The notes beneath the pieces were generated by a model. The model did not search any database. It had not been told where the DNA came from and worked only from the letters and a program-made list of their open reading frames with translations. From assembly GCA_965201035.1 (NCBI GenBank), contig OZ241750.1:579837-643836 (forward strand): a stretch of 64,000 bases of DNA. The letters are read 5' to 3'. Position numbers and translations under genes: made by a program. Positions 1 to 10,331 of this stretch are shown here, piece after piece. Within the stretch, counting starts at the first letter, position 1. Every line of letters starts with the position of its first letter. Source of the stretch: an uncultured Pseudohongiella sp. GTDB taxonomy: Bacteria > Pseudomonadota > Gammaproteobacteria > Pseudomonadales > Pseudohongiellaceae.

Positions 1-408
1 GCCCCGGCCTGCGGCGTCGATGAATTACGCGCCGAGCCGCTCAAGGCGCTGTCGCGGGCCTATGACATAGTGCTGAACGGCATCGAGCTCGGCGGCGGTT
101 CGATTCGAATCTCGCGTTCGGAAATGCAGCAGGCGGTATTCGATTTGCTGGGCATCGGCCAGGAAGAGGCCGAGCGCAAATTCGGCTTCCTCCTTGCCGC
201 TTTGCGCTACGGCTGCCCGCCCCACGGCGGCATCGCTTTCGGCTTCGACCGGTTGGCGATGCTGCTCTGCGGGGCCGCCTCGATCCGCGATGTAATCGCG
301 TTTCCGAAAACCCAGTCCGCCGCCTGTCCCCTGACCGCAGCACCGGGCGAAGTCTCCAGGGCGCAACTGCGCGAACTGCATATCCGCCCAGGGCAGACAC
401 CAAGTTGA
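1..408 (+). CDS. aspS: aspartate--tRNA ligase, C-terminal fragment (5' end lies outside the window)
   Basis: Frame 1 is open from base 1. The tail [12 protein letters not shown]...[15 protein letters not shown]...[10 protein letters not shown] is the class II AspRS motif-3 region. Confidence 0.9.
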   Translation, partial: APACGVDELRAEPLKALSRAYDIVLNGIELGGGSIRISRSEMQQAVFDLLGIGQEEAERKFGFLLAALRYGCPPHGGIAFGFDRLAMLLCGAASIRDVIAFPKTQSAACPLTAAPGEVSRAQLRELHIRPGQTPS

Positions 409-436
409 GCTCGTTCGGCAGCTGAAGGAAGCGTCT

Positions 437-1180
437 ATGGCGGGACACAGCAAATGGGCGAATATCAAGCACCGCAAGGCGGGACAAGACGCCAAGCGCG
501 GCAAGATTTTCACCAAAGTCATCCGCGAGCTGACCGTGGCGGCGCGGCTCGGTGGCGGCAATCCGGCGGATAATCCGCGTTTGCGGGCCGCGGTCGACAA
601 GGCCCTGGGCGCCAATATGCCGCGGGACACGATTGACCGCGCCATCTCCCGCGGCGCTAATCCGGCCAGCGGCGAAGAGGTCGAGGAAGTGACTTATGAA
701 GGTTACGGTCCCGGCGGGGTCGCGGTTTTTCTGGACTGTCTAACCGACAATCGTAACCGCACCGCGGCCGCCGTGCGCCATGGTTTCGGCAAATTCGGCG
801 GTTCCTTGGGCACCAATGGGTCGGTGGCTTACTTGTTCCGCAGAACCGGCGTGATCGCTTTTGCCGCGGGCAGCGATGAAGAGCGGATCATGGAGCTGGC
901 GCTGGAAGCGGGCGCCGATGATGTCGTCGCCGGCGACGACGGCGCGGTCGAAGTGCATACCGATTTGGAGAATTTCAGTGCCGCGCAGGACGAATTCCGC
1001 GCCGCGGGCATCGATTTCGACAGCGCCGAAATGATAATGCTCCCATCCACCGAAGTCGAGCTCGATCTGGATGGTGCCGCCAAATTGCTGCAACTGCTGG
1101 AGCATTTGGATGATCTCGATGATGTGCAAAACGTCTGGTCGAACGCCAAAGTTCCGCCGTCGGTGGCCGGGCAGTTGTAG
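437..1180 (+). CDS. yebC: YebC/PmpR family DNA-binding transcriptional regulator
   Basis: 247 aa starting [14 protein letters not shown], the hallmark YebC N-terminus. It sits directly upstream of ruvC, as in many proteobacteria. Confidence 0.9.
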   Translation: MAGHSKWANIKHRKAGQDAKRGKIFTKVIRELTVAARLGGGNPADNPRLRAAVDKALGANMPRDTIDRAISRGANPASGEEVEEVTYEGYGPGGVAVFLDCLTDNRNRTAAAVRHGFGKFGGSLGTNGSVAYLFRRTGVIAFAAGSDEERIMELALEAGADDVVAGDDGAVEVHTDLENFSAAQDEFRAAGIDFDSAEMIMLPSTEVELDLDGAAKLLQLLEHLDDLDDVQNVWSNAKVPPSVAGQL

Positions 1181-1225
1181 TAAATCGTAGCTTGTGTTCG
1201 GTAAGCGCCTGCCGATGTTCAATGC

Positions 1226-1744
1226 GTGAGCGTCATAATCGGAATCGATCCGGGTTCGCGGGTAACCGGTTACGGTGTCGTCGCCGCCCGAGACCAGCGA
1301 TTGGAATACATCGACCACGGCTGCATCCGCACCACACAGACGGAGCAGCCCGAGCGGCTGGGCGAAATCTTCGCGGGTCTGTGCCGGGTACTGGAGGAGC
1401 ACGCGCCGACCGAGGCCGCGGTGGAGGAAGTATTCATGGGCCGCAACGCCGCTGCGGCATTGAAGCTTGGGCAGGCGCGGGGGGTCGCGATTGTCGCCTG
1501 CCTGTCCCGCGGTGTGCCGGTGGTGGAGTATTCGGCGCGCAAAGTCAAGCAGGCGGTAGTGGGCACCGGCGCGGCGGACAAGCGACAAGTGCAGCACATG
1601 GTGAAGACGCTGTTGGGAATTGATGGTGCCATCGCCGAGGATGCCGCCGACGGGCTGGCGGCGGCGATTTGCCACGCACACAGCGGCGGCAGTTTGCTGC
1701 GGACGGTGGCGGCGATGTACAGCCGTGGGAGGTTGCGGTCGTGA
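1226..1744 (+). CDS. ruvC: crossover junction endodeoxyribonuclease RuvC
   Basis: 172 aa. The N-terminus MSVIIGIDPGSRVTGYGVV is typical of RuvC, and the gene has ruvA/ruvB context. Confidence 0.92.
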   Translation: MSVIIGIDPGSRVTGYGVVAARDQRLEYIDHGCIRTTQTEQPERLGEIFAGLCRVLEEHAPTEAAVEEVFMGRNAAAALKLGQARGVAIVACLSRGVPVVEYSARKVKQAVVGTGAADKRQVQHMVKTLLGIDGAIAEDAADGLAAAICHAHSGGSLLRTVAAMYSRGRLRS

Positions 1745-2364
1745 TCGGCCTGATTCGCGGCGAATTGGCGGCCAAGACCCCCGCCGAAGTGCTGGTTCTT
1801 GCCGCTGGCATCGGCTATGAAATCCAAATTCCCGCGCGCGTCTTCGATGGCCTGCCCGCAACCGGCGCCGAAGTGGCGCTGCATACCCATTTCGCTGTGC
1901 GCGAAGACGCGCAGGTGCTGTTCGGTTTTCTCGACAGCGGCGACAAAACCGCGTTTCGGCACTTGATCCGCGTCAGTGGCGTGGGGCCGCGGTTGGCCTT
2001 GGCGCTGCTTTCCGGCATGAACGCGGGCGAGCTTGCGGTGGCGGTGCGGGATGGCGATTCTGCCCGTCTCAGCGCGGTGCCGGGCGTTGGCAAGAAAACT
2101 GCGCAGCGCCTGCTGGTGGAGTTGCGCGGTCGGCTAAACGAAATGGATGCCGCCGCACCGCCAACCAGCGGACCGGCAGCGACCCCGGTCTCCCGAGGCG
2201 CCCGCGAAGCGCGGGAGGCGCTGATCAGCCTCGGTTACAAACCGCAGCAAGCGGTGCGCCTGATCGCCGCGGCGCAGCGCGAAAATCCGACGCTTGAGGA
2301 TGCCGGAGAATTGATCCGTTTGGCCCTGCAAAGCGTGACGCCGGGCGCTGGAGGCGGTGCGTGA
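1741..2364 (+). CDS. ruvA: Holliday junction branch migration complex subunit RuvA
   Basis: The ORF-track start at 1669 lies inside ruvC. GTG at 1741 gives VIGLIRGEL..., a typical RuvA N-terminus, and overlaps the ruvC stop (GTGA). A helix-hairpin-helix region ([20 protein letters not shown]) is present. Confidence 0.88.
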   Translation: MIGLIRGELAAKTPAEVLVLAAGIGYEIQIPARVFDGLPATGAEVALHTHFAVREDAQVLFGFLDSGDKTAFRHLIRVSGVGPRLALALLSGMNAGELAVAVRDGDSARLSAVPGVGKKTAQRLLVELRGRLNEMDAAAPPTSGPAATPVSRGAREAREALISLGYKPQQAVRLIAAAQRENPTLEDAGELIRLALQSVTPGAGGGA

Positions 2365-3398
2365 ATCGTTCGGCGGCGGAGGAGCGCATCGTCGCCCCGG
2401 AGGAGGCCGGTCCGGCGGACCGTCAGGAATCCCTGCGACCCCTGCGCCTGCGCGACTACATCGGCCAGCGGGAAGTGCGGGAACAGATGGAGATATTCAT
2501 CGGCGCCGCCCGCCGGCGCGGCGAACCACTCGACCACAGCTTGATTTTCGGTCCGCCGGGCCTAGGCAAAACAACACTGGCGCGAATCATTGCCAACGAA
2601 CTGAACGCCGCCATCCGCAGCACCGCTGGGCCAATATTGGAAAAATCCGGCGATTTGGCGGCGATTTTGACGAGTTTGGGCGAGGGCGATCTGCTCTTTA
2701 TTGACGAAATCCACCGCCTGCGGCCAGCGGTGGAGGAAATCCTCTATCCGGCCATGGAAGACCGGCAGCTCGATATTCTGATTGGCGAAGGGCCGGCGGC
2801 GCGCTCGATAAAGCTGGAACTGCCGCCGTTCACCTTGGTGGGCGCAACAACCCGGGCCGGCTTGCTGACTTCGCCCCTGCGCGACCGTTTCGGCATCGTT
2901 CAGCGGCTCGAGTTTTACAATGTGGAGGAGTTGGCCCGGATTCTCATCCGCTCCGCGGCCATTCTCGGCACAGAAATCAGCGCCGACGGCGCCGGGGAAA
3001 TCGCCGCCCGCTCCCGGGGCACCCCCCGCATCGCCAACCGTTTGTTGCGGAGGGTGCGGGACTTCGCGGAGATGAAGGGGGACGGCAGCATTGGTGCGGT
3101 TTCCGCCGCCAAGGCGCTGGATCTGCTGCACATCGACGCCAACGGCTGCGATCATATGGATCGGCGCCTGCTGCGCGCCGTGATCGAAAAATTTTCCGGC
3201 GGTCCCGTCGGTGTTGAGAACCTAGCAGCGGCTCTGGGCGAAGAGCGTGATACCATCGAAGACATCATTGAGCCGTTTTTGATTCAGCGGGGCTATCTCA
3301 TGCGCACGCCCCGCGGTCGGGTGGCGACACCCCATGCCTATCGCTATCTCGGCTTGCCGGTGGCCGCTGAAGCGGTGGGTTTGTTCGGCAGGGAGTGA
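2361..3398 (+). CDS. ruvB: Holliday junction DNA helicase RuvB
   Basis: 345 aa with Walker [12 protein letters not shown], the LFIDEIHRL box and [16 protein letters not shown]. The start overlaps the ruvA stop (GTGA). Confidence 0.95.
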   Translation: MNRSAAEERIVAPEEAGPADRQESLRPLRLRDYIGQREVREQMEIFIGAARRRGEPLDHSLIFGPPGLGKTTLARIIANELNAAIRSTAGPILEKSGDLAAILTSLGEGDLLFIDEIHRLRPAVEEILYPAMEDRQLDILIGEGPAARSIKLELPPFTLVGATTRAGLLTSPLRDRFGIVQRLEFYNVEELARILIRSAAILGTEISADGAGEIAARSRGTPRIANRLLRRVRDFAEMKGDGSIGAVSAAKALDLLHIDANGCDHMDRRLLRAVIEKFSGGPVGVENLAAALGEERDTIEDIIEPFLIQRGYLMRTPRGRVATPHAYRYLGLPVAAEAVGLFGRE

Positions 3399-3591
3399 AT
3401 CCGCGGCGGCCGATTGCCCTTGTTGCGACAGGATTCGGAAGTATCCGTCCGCATTGGGTCAGGGGAAGGGCAAAATTCCATGGTGCAATTCCAGCGCTGA
3501 TCGCCGTTTCACATTTTATCCGGGCTGCCGAAAATGCATTTGGTGATTGAGTGAAAATCCGCGCCGCCCGGCGCGGGCCGGAGAATATCGG

Positions 3592-4281
3592 GTGAATGAG
3601 CAACTCGGACCATTGCAATTGATTTTCGGCGCCAGCCTCGAAGTACAGATCGTCATCTTCATTTTGCTGGTCCTGTCGGTTGTCTCATGGTGCATTATCG
3701 TGCAGCGCTATCTGGTGCTGTCCGCCGCGGCGAAAAGCGTGGTCAATTTCGAAGAGCGGTTCTGGTCGGGAATCGATTTGGGCCTGCTCTACAAGGAAGG
3801 CAGCCAGATGCGGGAAGAGGGGGTGCCCGCAGTGGGCTTGGAAAATATTTTCCGCGTCGGATTCAAAGAGTTTATGCGCTTGCGGCAGCAGGGCAATGTG
3901 GATCGCGAGGCCACCATGGAAGGAGCCCAACGTGCCATGCGGGTCGCCTTCTCCAGGGAGGAAGAGAAGCTGGAACGGCATCTTGCCTTTTTGGCGACGG
4001 TGGGATCGGTATCGCCTTACATAGGTCTGTTCGGCACGGTGATCGGTATCATGAATGCCTTTATCGGCCTCGCCAGTCAGACCCAGGCGACCCTGCAGGT
4101 CGTCGCGCCCGGTATCGCGGAAGCCTTGATTGTGACCGCCATTGGCCTGTTCGCGGCGATTCCGGCCGTGGTCGCTTACAACCGCTATTCATCAATGACG
4201 GAGTCCGTGACTGGCAGCTACCGCACATTCGCCGACGAATTCTCCAGTATTTTGCATCGGCAAATCCATTCCACCGGCTGA
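3592..4281 (+). CDS. tolQ: Tol-Pal system protein TolQ
   Basis: MotA/TolQ/ExbB family with three TM segments. GTG at 3592 sits about 8 nt after GGAG and gives a canonical-length N-terminus. The ORF-track TTG at 3547 would add a basic extension that covers a GC hairpin. Confidence 0.88.
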   Translation: MNEQLGPLQLIFGASLEVQIVIFILLVLSVVSWCIIVQRYLVLSAAAKSVVNFEERFWSGIDLGLLYKEGSQMREEGVPAVGLENIFRVGFKEFMRLRQQGNVDREATMEGAQRAMRVAFSREEEKLERHLAFLATVGSVSPYIGLFGTVIGIMNAFIGLASQTQATLQVVAPGIAEALIVTAIGLFAAIPAVVAYNRYSSMTESVTGSYRTFADEFSSILHRQIHSTG

Positions 4282-4304
4282 TTCCAAGTCTGTAATGGAA
4301 ACCC

Positions 4305-4751
4305 ATGATGGAGACTTTAACCCGCAAAAAACGCCGCCCCATGAGCGAAATCAATGTCGTGCCCTATATCGACGTGATGCTGGTTCTGCTGGTTGTATTC
4401 ATGATTACCGCGCCGTTGCTGAATCAGGGAATCGAAGTCGATCTGCCGGAAGCGAACAACGAACCGCTGGAATTGGACGAGAACCGGGAAAACTTGGTGG
4501 TTACGGTCACCGCGGCCGGCGAGTACCATCTCAGTCTGGGCGCGACCGGAGAGGATCGGCAGTCGCTCGACTTGGAAACCGTGGCGCTGCGGGTGGGTCA
4601 AATCGTAAACGCGAATCCGGAGATTCAAGTTTTGGTCGAAGGGGATGCCGCGGCGACTTGGAGTGCGATGATCCTGCTGATCACCGCGCTGCAAAACGCC
4701 GGTGTGGTCAATCCCAATTTCATCACCCAGCCGCTGACCGCGCTGCAATGA
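4305..4751 (+). CDS. tolR: Tol-Pal system protein TolR (ExbD/TolR family)
   Basis: 148 aa. The motif SEINVVPYIDVMLVLLVVFMI matches the TolR/ExbD TM region, and the gene lies between tolQ and tolA. Confidence 0.88.
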   Translation: MMETLTRKKRRPMSEINVVPYIDVMLVLLVVFMITAPLLNQGIEVDLPEANNEPLELDENRENLVVTVTAAGEYHLSLGATGEDRQSLDLETVALRVGQIVNANPEIQVLVEGDAAATWSAMILLITALQNAGVVNPNFITQPLTALQ

Positions 4752-4774
4752 AGGCAACGGAAACGAGTTAGATC

Positions 4775-5617
4775 GTGAACGCAGCCTACCGCCATCTGAT
4801 CATTTTCAACGGCTATCCGTTCTCCGCCGTGCTGGCGGTGCTGTTCCATGGTTTGGTGCTCGGCTTCGTTCTATATTGGAACGGCCGCAGCGAATCAAGC
4901 GAATTTGAGCTCGTGCAGCCGACCGTGATCAAGGCCTTGTTCATCGACGAAAATCCGCAATTGCGCGAACGACAACGTCTGGAAAGGCAGCAGGTCGAGC
5001 GGCGGCGCGAACAAGCGCGGGCGGAGGAGGAGCGCGCCCGCCTGATCGAAGAGGAGCGCCTGCGGCGGCTGGAGTTGGATGAAGAACGCCGGCGGCAACT
5101 GGAACAGGAGCGTCTGCAGCGGGAGGAAGAAGAGCGCCTGCGGCAGGAGGAAGAGAGAAGCTTGGCCGAAGCGGAGCGGCGCGAGCGCGAACAATTGCAG
5201 CTTCAAGTGGAGGAAGAACGGGCGCTCGCCGAGCAAGAGCGCTTGCGGGAGCAGGAAGCGGCCGAGCGTCGCCGCCTGGAGGAGGCCGCCGCAGCAGCGG
5301 CGGCGCGCACCGAGTTTGAAGTTGTGCAAAGCGGAGCGGCGCTGATCCAGCAGTTCGTGGAGAAATCCTGGAATCGTCCGCCGAGTGCGCGCAACGGCAT
5401 GCGCGCGGTGCTGCGCATCGACATGCTGCCGACCGGCGAAGTCACCGATGTGGCGATTTTGCAATCGAGCGGCGACGCGCCTTTTGATCGCGCCGCCAGA
5501 AACGCGGTCTACAGCGCCCAGCCTTTCAGTGAACTGCAGGAAATGCCGATTCATATTTTCAATGACAACTTTCGAACATACACACTGACTTTCCAACCGG
5601 AGGATCTACTTAATTGA
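4775..5617 (+). CDS. tolA: Tol-Pal system protein TolA
   Basis: N-terminal TM helix, a long E/R/L/A-rich helical domain II, a C-terminal domain III, and a position between tolR and tolB. Confidence 0.8.
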   Translation: MNAAYRHLIIFNGYPFSAVLAVLFHGLVLGFVLYWNGRSESSEFELVQPTVIKALFIDENPQLRERQRLERQQVERRREQARAEEERARLIEEERLRRLELDEERRRQLEQERLQREEEERLRQEEERSLAEAERREREQLQLQVEEERALAEQERLREQEAAERRRLEEAAAAAAARTEFEVVQSGAALIQQFVEKSWNRPPSARNGMRAVLRIDMLPTGEVTDVAILQSSGDAPFDRAARNAVYSAQPFSELQEMPIHIFNDNFRTYTLTFQPEDLLN

Positions 5618-6924
5618 AAAGCTTGCGCCCCTTGTCCGCGGTCCTGCTGTTGGTCTTCAGTTTCGGGGCCAATGCCCAGCTCAATATCGAAATCACCCGG
5701 GGTGTTGACAACCCCATTCCCATCGCCGTGGTGCCTTTCCAGGCGAGCGGCGTCAGTCCCGGCACCGAGGATGTGGCCCGCATCGTCGCCGCCGACCTCG
5801 AACAAGTCGGCGAATTCCGCGCCTTGGCGCGGGAAAATCTGCTCAGCCTGCCCAGCGAACAAAGCGAAGTATTTTTCAGCGACTGGCGGGTGTTGGGCCA
5901 GGATTACTTGCTTGTGGGCAAAGTGACAGGGACTCCCGGCAGCCAATTGGTGAGGGTGCAGTATGAGTTTTTCGATATCAACCGGGAATTGCTGCTGGCG
6001 GGCGAAATTTTGACCGGCAGCATCTCGCAACTGCGCGATATCGGCCATGAAATCAGCAATGTGGTGTACGAGCAGGTGACCGGAATCCGCGGCGCCTTCA
6101 CCAGCCAGATTCTTTACGTGGTCGCCGAGCAATCCGCCGCCGGCGGGTCATTCCGCTTGGAAAAAGCCGATTACGACGGTCGCCGGCCGCAGGTTCTGCT
6201 GCGCTCGGCGGAACCCATCATGTCGCCGAATTGGTCGCCGGATGGCGGTGAAGTCGCCTACGTGTCTTTCGAGACCGATCTGCCGCGCATTTATACCCAG
6301 AACATCGCCACGGGACAACGGCGGCAGATCACTAATTATCCGGGCATCAACAGTTCGCCGGTATATTCTCCCGATGGCAATATGCTCGCCATGGTGCTGT
6401 CGAAGGACGGCAGCCCGGATATTTTCGTGCAGGATCTGCGCAGCAACGAACTGATGCGGGTAACCGATCATCCGGCCATCGATACCGAGCCGAGCTGGAC
6501 CCCCGACGGCCGCTCCATCGTTTTCATGTCGGACCGCACCGGCCAGCCGCAAATCTATCAGATCGCCCTCGGGGCGAGCTCTTTCAACGTGGAGCGCCTG
6601 ACCTACGACTGCTTCCAGTGCGCGAAGGCCAGGTTTCTGCCCGATGGCAACAATCTCGTCCATGTCCGGCGCGAGACCCGACAAAGCCCCACTTACCAGA
6701 TCGCCATCGTCAATATCGAAACTTTGCGGGTGATCACTCTCACCGATACATCGCTTGATGAATCGCCGAGTTTGGCGCCGAACGGCAGCATGATCATGTA
6801 CGCGACAAAGTACCAGGGAAGAGGCGTTCTTGATGCGGTTTCAATTGACGGCTCGGTAAAATTCCGTTTACCATCGGCGCAGGGTGACGTGCGCGAACCC
6901 GCGTGGTCGCCGTTTTTGAATTAA
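5614..6924 (+). CDS. tolB: Tol-Pal system beta-propeller protein TolB
   Basis: 436 aa with a signal peptide (MKSLRPLSAVLLLVFSFGANA) and repeated SPDG/TPDG propeller blades. The TTG start overlaps the tolA stop. Confidence 0.93.
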   Translation: MKSLRPLSAVLLLVFSFGANAQLNIEITRGVDNPIPIAVVPFQASGVSPGTEDVARIVAADLEQVGEFRALARENLLSLPSEQSEVFFSDWRVLGQDYLLVGKVTGTPGSQLVRVQYEFFDINRELLLAGEILTGSISQLRDIGHEISNVVYEQVTGIRGAFTSQILYVVAEQSAAGGSFRLEKADYDGRRPQVLLRSAEPIMSPNWSPDGGEVAYVSFETDLPRIYTQNIATGQRRQITNYPGINSSPVYSPDGNMLAMVLSKDGSPDIFVQDLRSNELMRVTDHPAIDTEPSWTPDGRSIVFMSDRTGQPQIYQIALGASSFNVERLTYDCFQCAKARFLPDGNNLVHVRRETRQSPTYQIAIVNIETLRVITLTDTSLDESPSLAPNGSMIMYATKYQGRGVLDAVSIDGSVKFRLPSAQGDVREPAWSPFLN

Positions 6925-7016
6925 ATGTGGTGTCCAATCGGTCGATTAAGGGGGAGTGTAGCCTGTTGGAACCGCATGCTCACGACGGTTGCCGATAGAA
7001 CTCAGACAATATTCAG

Positions 7017-7556
7017 ATGGAGGATCCAGAAGTGGGAACCCAGAGCCATTCCATTCACAAGGCGGCGCTACTTGCAGCGCTGCTGACGTTTTTTGCCGCA
7101 TGCGGTTCCACTAACGAAGTGGAAGAGCCGCAACCCCCGGCGGAAAGCGCTCCCTCCTCCGCGCAGGCCGGTGCGGCACCGGAAACTCCGCCTCTGACCG
7201 CGGAAGAGATCGCGCACCAGGAAGCATTGCGGACCACGATCTTTTACTTTGATTTCGATGTGGCCGAATTCCAAGCTTCGGACCGAGAAACCCTGACCTA
7301 TCACGCCCGGGATCTGGCGGCCAACCCCGGCCGCGGCATCCGGCTCGAAGGCCACGCCGATGAACGCGGCACTCGGGAATACAACCTGGCGCTGGGCGAA
7401 CGTCGGGCCAACGGTATTCTCAATTATCTCATCGTCAACGGTGCCGCCCGATCGCAGATCGAAGTGGTCAGCTACGGCGAGGAACGACCTGCGGAGACCG
7501 GCCAAAGCGAGCAGGCCTACGCGATGAACCGCCGCGTCGAGATCGTCGGTCGCTGA
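7017..7556 (+). CDS. pal: peptidoglycan-associated lipoprotein Pal
   Basis: Lipobox-like FFAAC, a Pro/Ala-rich linker, and an OmpA-like C-terminus (EGHADERGTREYNLALGERRA...NRRVEI). Confidence 0.9.
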   Translation: MEDPEVGTQSHSIHKAALLAALLTFFAACGSTNEVEEPQPPAESAPSSAQAGAAPETPPLTAEEIAHQEALRTTIFYFDFDVAEFQASDRETLTYHARDLAANPGRGIRLEGHADERGTREYNLALGERRANGILNYLIVNGAARSQIEVVSYGEERPAETGQSEQAYAMNRRVEIVGR

Positions 7557-7576
7557 GTGCCACGCCGAGCGCCGCC

Positions 7577-8491
7577 ATGAGCGGGAGGCTGTCGTCATTC
7601 GGCGCGAAGAAGCTGGTTGCCGGTGTTTGTTTGCTGCTGGTCGCCGGCTCATCCACCGCGCAGGAGCGGTCGTTGTTTCCGGGCCAGAATCAGCCTCCGG
7701 TGGATGGCACCAGTGACGCGCTCGCCCTGCTGCTTGATCAAAACAACCAACTGCGCACGGAACTTCAGGCATTGCGCGCTTTGGTTGAGGAGCAAGGGTT
7801 CGAACTGCGCCGATTGGGGCGCGACTCCCTGAGCCGCTACACCAACCTTGATGAACGCCTGCAGGTCCTGGAAGGCGCCGCCGTGGCGGCCGGCCCTTCC
7901 GGCCTGGCAGCGATAACGCCGTCCGGCCCAAGCGATTCAGGGCCGGCCGCCCCGGAATCCCGTAGCCCAAAACAGCGGCAAGCCACGCCGACAATCGCCA
8001 CACCTGGGAATCCGGTGGTCATCGAACCCGAGCCGGCGGCGGCGGATCCCGTCGTCTCGGCGGTCGGGGATCGTACTCCGGCCCGCAGCCGCGCCTCAAC
8101 GCTGCGGCCCGCGGTATTGAGCGAGCAGCAACTGTACCAAATGGGCTATGAATCGGCGATCAATTCCAATTTCGAGCGTTCCGTGGCCGAATTCGATCAA
8201 TACCTTGGGGTGTACCCCGAAGGCAGATTCGTCAGCAACGCGCATTACTGGAAAGGACAGTCGTTTTTGTATTTGAACCGTTTCACGGAAGCCAAAGATG
8301 CATACGAAATCATTCTGAACCAATACAGCGACTCACCCAAACTGCCCGACGCCATGTACGGCCTCGGCTTGGCCTACCAGGGGCTGGGGGACACCGCCAG
8401 AGCGCGGCAATTGTTCAACAATATCAAGCGCCGTTATCCCAATACCGGCGTGGCCAATCTCGCCGATACCCGTCTGCTGTCATTGGATTGA
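7577..8491 (+). CDS. cpoB: cell division coordinator CpoB (YbgF), coiled-coil plus TPR domains
   Basis: Signal peptide, N-terminal coiled coil (LLLDQNNQLRTELQALR), a long P/A/S-rich linker and a C-terminal TPR/YbgF domain. It follows pal. Confidence 0.85.
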   Translation: MSGRLSSFGAKKLVAGVCLLLVAGSSTAQERSLFPGQNQPPVDGTSDALALLLDQNNQLRTELQALRALVEEQGFELRRLGRDSLSRYTNLDERLQVLEGAAVAAGPSGLAAITPSGPSDSGPAAPESRSPKQRQATPTIATPGNPVVIEPEPAAADPVVSAVGDRTPARSRASTLRPAVLSEQQLYQMGYESAINSNFERSVAEFDQYLGVYPEGRFVSNAHYWKGQSFLYLNRFTEAKDAYEIILNQYSDSPKLPDAMYGLGLAYQGLGDTARARQLFNNIKRRYPNTGVANLADTRLLSLD

Positions 8492-8543
8492 AGTCCGGCC
8501 GTCGAATTTCCGCCGCCGCCCGCGGCGCATCCGGGCTGAGCAA

Positions 8544-9185
8544 ATGTCGCTGCGCATCACTGAAATTTTCCACTCCCTACAGGGTGAAACCCGCACCATG
8601 GGCATCCCGACGGTATTTGTCCGTTTGACCGGCTGCCCGCTGCGCTGCGTCTATTGCGATACCGCCTACGCGTTCAGCGGCGGTGAAGCGATGGAGCAGG
8701 GCGAGATTCTGGCGCGGGTCGAACGCTACGGCTGCGGCTATGTGACCGTGACCGGTGGCGAGCCGCTGGCGCAGCCGGAATGCTTCGCCTTGCTGGAAAG
8801 CTTGTGCGACCAAGGTTATCGGGTTTCGTTGGAAACCGGCGGCGCGATGCCGGTGGAGGGGGTTGATTCCAGGGTCTGTATTGTGATGGATCTGAAAACG
8901 CCCGGCTCACGGGAATCGCACCGCAATCGCTATGAAAATCTGCGCAGCCTCAAGCCAACGGATCAACTCAAATTCGTGATTTGCGATCGTGAAGATTACG
9001 AATGGAGCACCGCGCAAATCCGCGACCGCGGCCTCGTCGGTAAAATCGACGATATCCTGTTCTCGCCTTCCCATGGCGAGCTCGAACCGCAGCGGCTCGC
9101 CCAGTGGATTCTCGATGACCGTCTGCCGGTGCGGATGCAGATTCAGCTGCACAAAGTGTTGTGGCGGTCGGAACCCGGCCGATGA
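8544..9185 (+). CDS. queE: 7-carboxy-7-deazaguanine synthase QueE (radical SAM)
   Basis: 213 aa with EIFHSLQGE and the radical-SAM cluster motif [10 protein letters not shown]. It lies upstream of queC. Confidence 0.88.
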   Translation: MSLRITEIFHSLQGETRTMGIPTVFVRLTGCPLRCVYCDTAYAFSGGEAMEQGEILARVERYGCGYVTVTGGEPLAQPECFALLESLCDQGYRVSLETGGAMPVEGVDSRVCIVMDLKTPGSRESHRNRYENLRSLKPTDQLKFVICDREDYEWSTAQIRDRGLVGKIDDILFSPSHGELEPQRLAQWILDDRLPVRMQIQLHKVLWRSEPGR

Positions 9186-9889
9186 ATCAAGCGCGGCGCG
9201 TGGTTGAGCCAGCGCGGCCCGCCGCGGTGGTTTTACTCTCCGGTGGACTCGACTCAGCGACTTGTCTGGCCATCGCCGCCCGCCGTGGCTTTCGCCTGCA
9301 TGCTTTGAGCTTTGATTACGGCCAGCGCTCGGCGGCGGAAATCGATGCCGCCCACGTTCAGGCGCGGGCGCGGGAAGTTGTCGAGCATCGGCTACTGCCG
9401 CTGCCACTGGGACAATTCGGCGGCTCGGCTCTGACGGATAACGGAATTCCTCTGCCGAACGCGCCGGGCGACGGTATTCCGGCGACCTACGTGCCAGCGC
9501 GCAATACAATCCTCATCGCCCACGCCCTCGCCTGGGCCGAGGTTGTGGGTGCGACCGCCATCTTCATCGGTGTCAACGCGCTTGACTATTCGGGCTATCC
9601 CGACTGCCGCCCGGAATACATCGCCGCCTACCAGCGGCTCATCGACATCGCTACCAAAATCGGTGTCGAAGGCGGGGTGATCAAACTGGAGGCACCGCTG
9701 CTGAATATGGGCAAGGCCGAAATCATCCGCATCGGTACCGAGCTCGGCGTGGATTTCGCCGACACCGTATCCTGCTACCAAGCTGTTGGGGAAGGCTTGG
9801 CATGCGGCGAATGCGATGCCTGCCGATTACGCCGGCAGGGATTCGCCGCTGCCGGAATTACCGACCCAACCCGCTACCGGACAGTGTAA
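9182..9889 (+). CDS. queC: 7-cyano-7-deazaguanine synthase QueC
   Basis: PP-loop LLSGGLDS and the C-terminal Zn motif CYQ...CGECDAC. ATG at 9182 overlaps the queE stop (ATGA). The ORF-track start at 9161 is less likely. Confidence 0.9.
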   Translation: MNQARRVVEPARPAAVVLLSGGLDSATCLAIAARRGFRLHALSFDYGQRSAAEIDAAHVQARAREVVEHRLLPLPLGQFGGSALTDNGIPLPNAPGDGIPATYVPARNTILIAHALAWAEVVGATAIFIGVNALDYSGYPDCRPEYIAAYQRLIDIATKIGVEGGVIKLEAPLLNMGKAEIIRIGTELGVDFADTVSCYQAVGEGLACGECDACRLRRQGFAAAGITDPTRYRTV

Positions 9890-9922
9890 GTGGCTCCAAT
9901 TTGCTATCATTGCGCGCTGCGC

Positions 9923-9998
9923 GGGTCGTTAGCTCAGTTGGTAGAGCAGAAGGCTTTTAACCTTTTGGTCATAGGTTCGAATCCTATACGACCCACCA
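9923..9998 (+). tRNA. tRNA-Lys (anticodon UUU), 76 nt with encoded CCA
   Basis: Hand-folded cloverleaf. Acceptor GGGTCGT/ACGACCC, D stem GCTC/GAGC, anticodon stem GAAGG/CCTTT with loop CTTTTAA, T stem ATAGG/CCTAT with loop TTCGAAT. Confidence 0.9.
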
Positions 9999-10331
9999 TC
10001 TTCCACCACTGCGCCGAAGTCTCGTGTCGTCCGCCGATGATCGCGCAGGGTGCCGGCCCGCCCATGCGCGACCTGGCAGAAATCACCTGCGATGGCGGTA
10101 TATCAAATAGCTTGCAATATTGTTGTGCTTGTGTTCCACTAGACCTTGGGGCCCGTGCTACAGGCTTGATTAAGTACGAGTCTATGCTGGCGTTTTGCGC
10201 GTAGCTACCGCGACTGGGCGCAGTACCTTGAGTTGTTTGCTTATGGTGTCTGCTGTCTGTGAAACAAAATCGCGGGGCATGAAAGCATATTTCCTCAGTC
10301 AAAAAAAATATGCGAATTCTGAGGTAAATGA

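Noticed and set aside
740-1861. 373-aa minus-strand ORF. The 311-aa ORF at 7068..8003 is a similar case.
   Set aside because: Both are antisense to yebC/ruvC/ruvA and to pal/cpoB respectively. The sense genes have strong family signatures.
3559-3576. GC hairpin as a ruvB intrinsic terminator
   Set aside because: No T-run follows it, so I list it only as an observation and not as a terminator feature.
4990-5300. Highly repetitive GAG/CGG/CTG-rich stretch, considered as a tandem repeat or array
   Set aside because: It is in frame within tolA and encodes the expected E/R/L/A-rich helical domain II. There is no spacer-repeat organisation.
9890-10302. ORFs 9890..10204 (+) and 9934..10302 (-) as possible island cargo or integrase remnants
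   Set aside because: Both run through the tRNA-Lys gene and the GC transition. They have no RBS or motif and are most likely non-coding.
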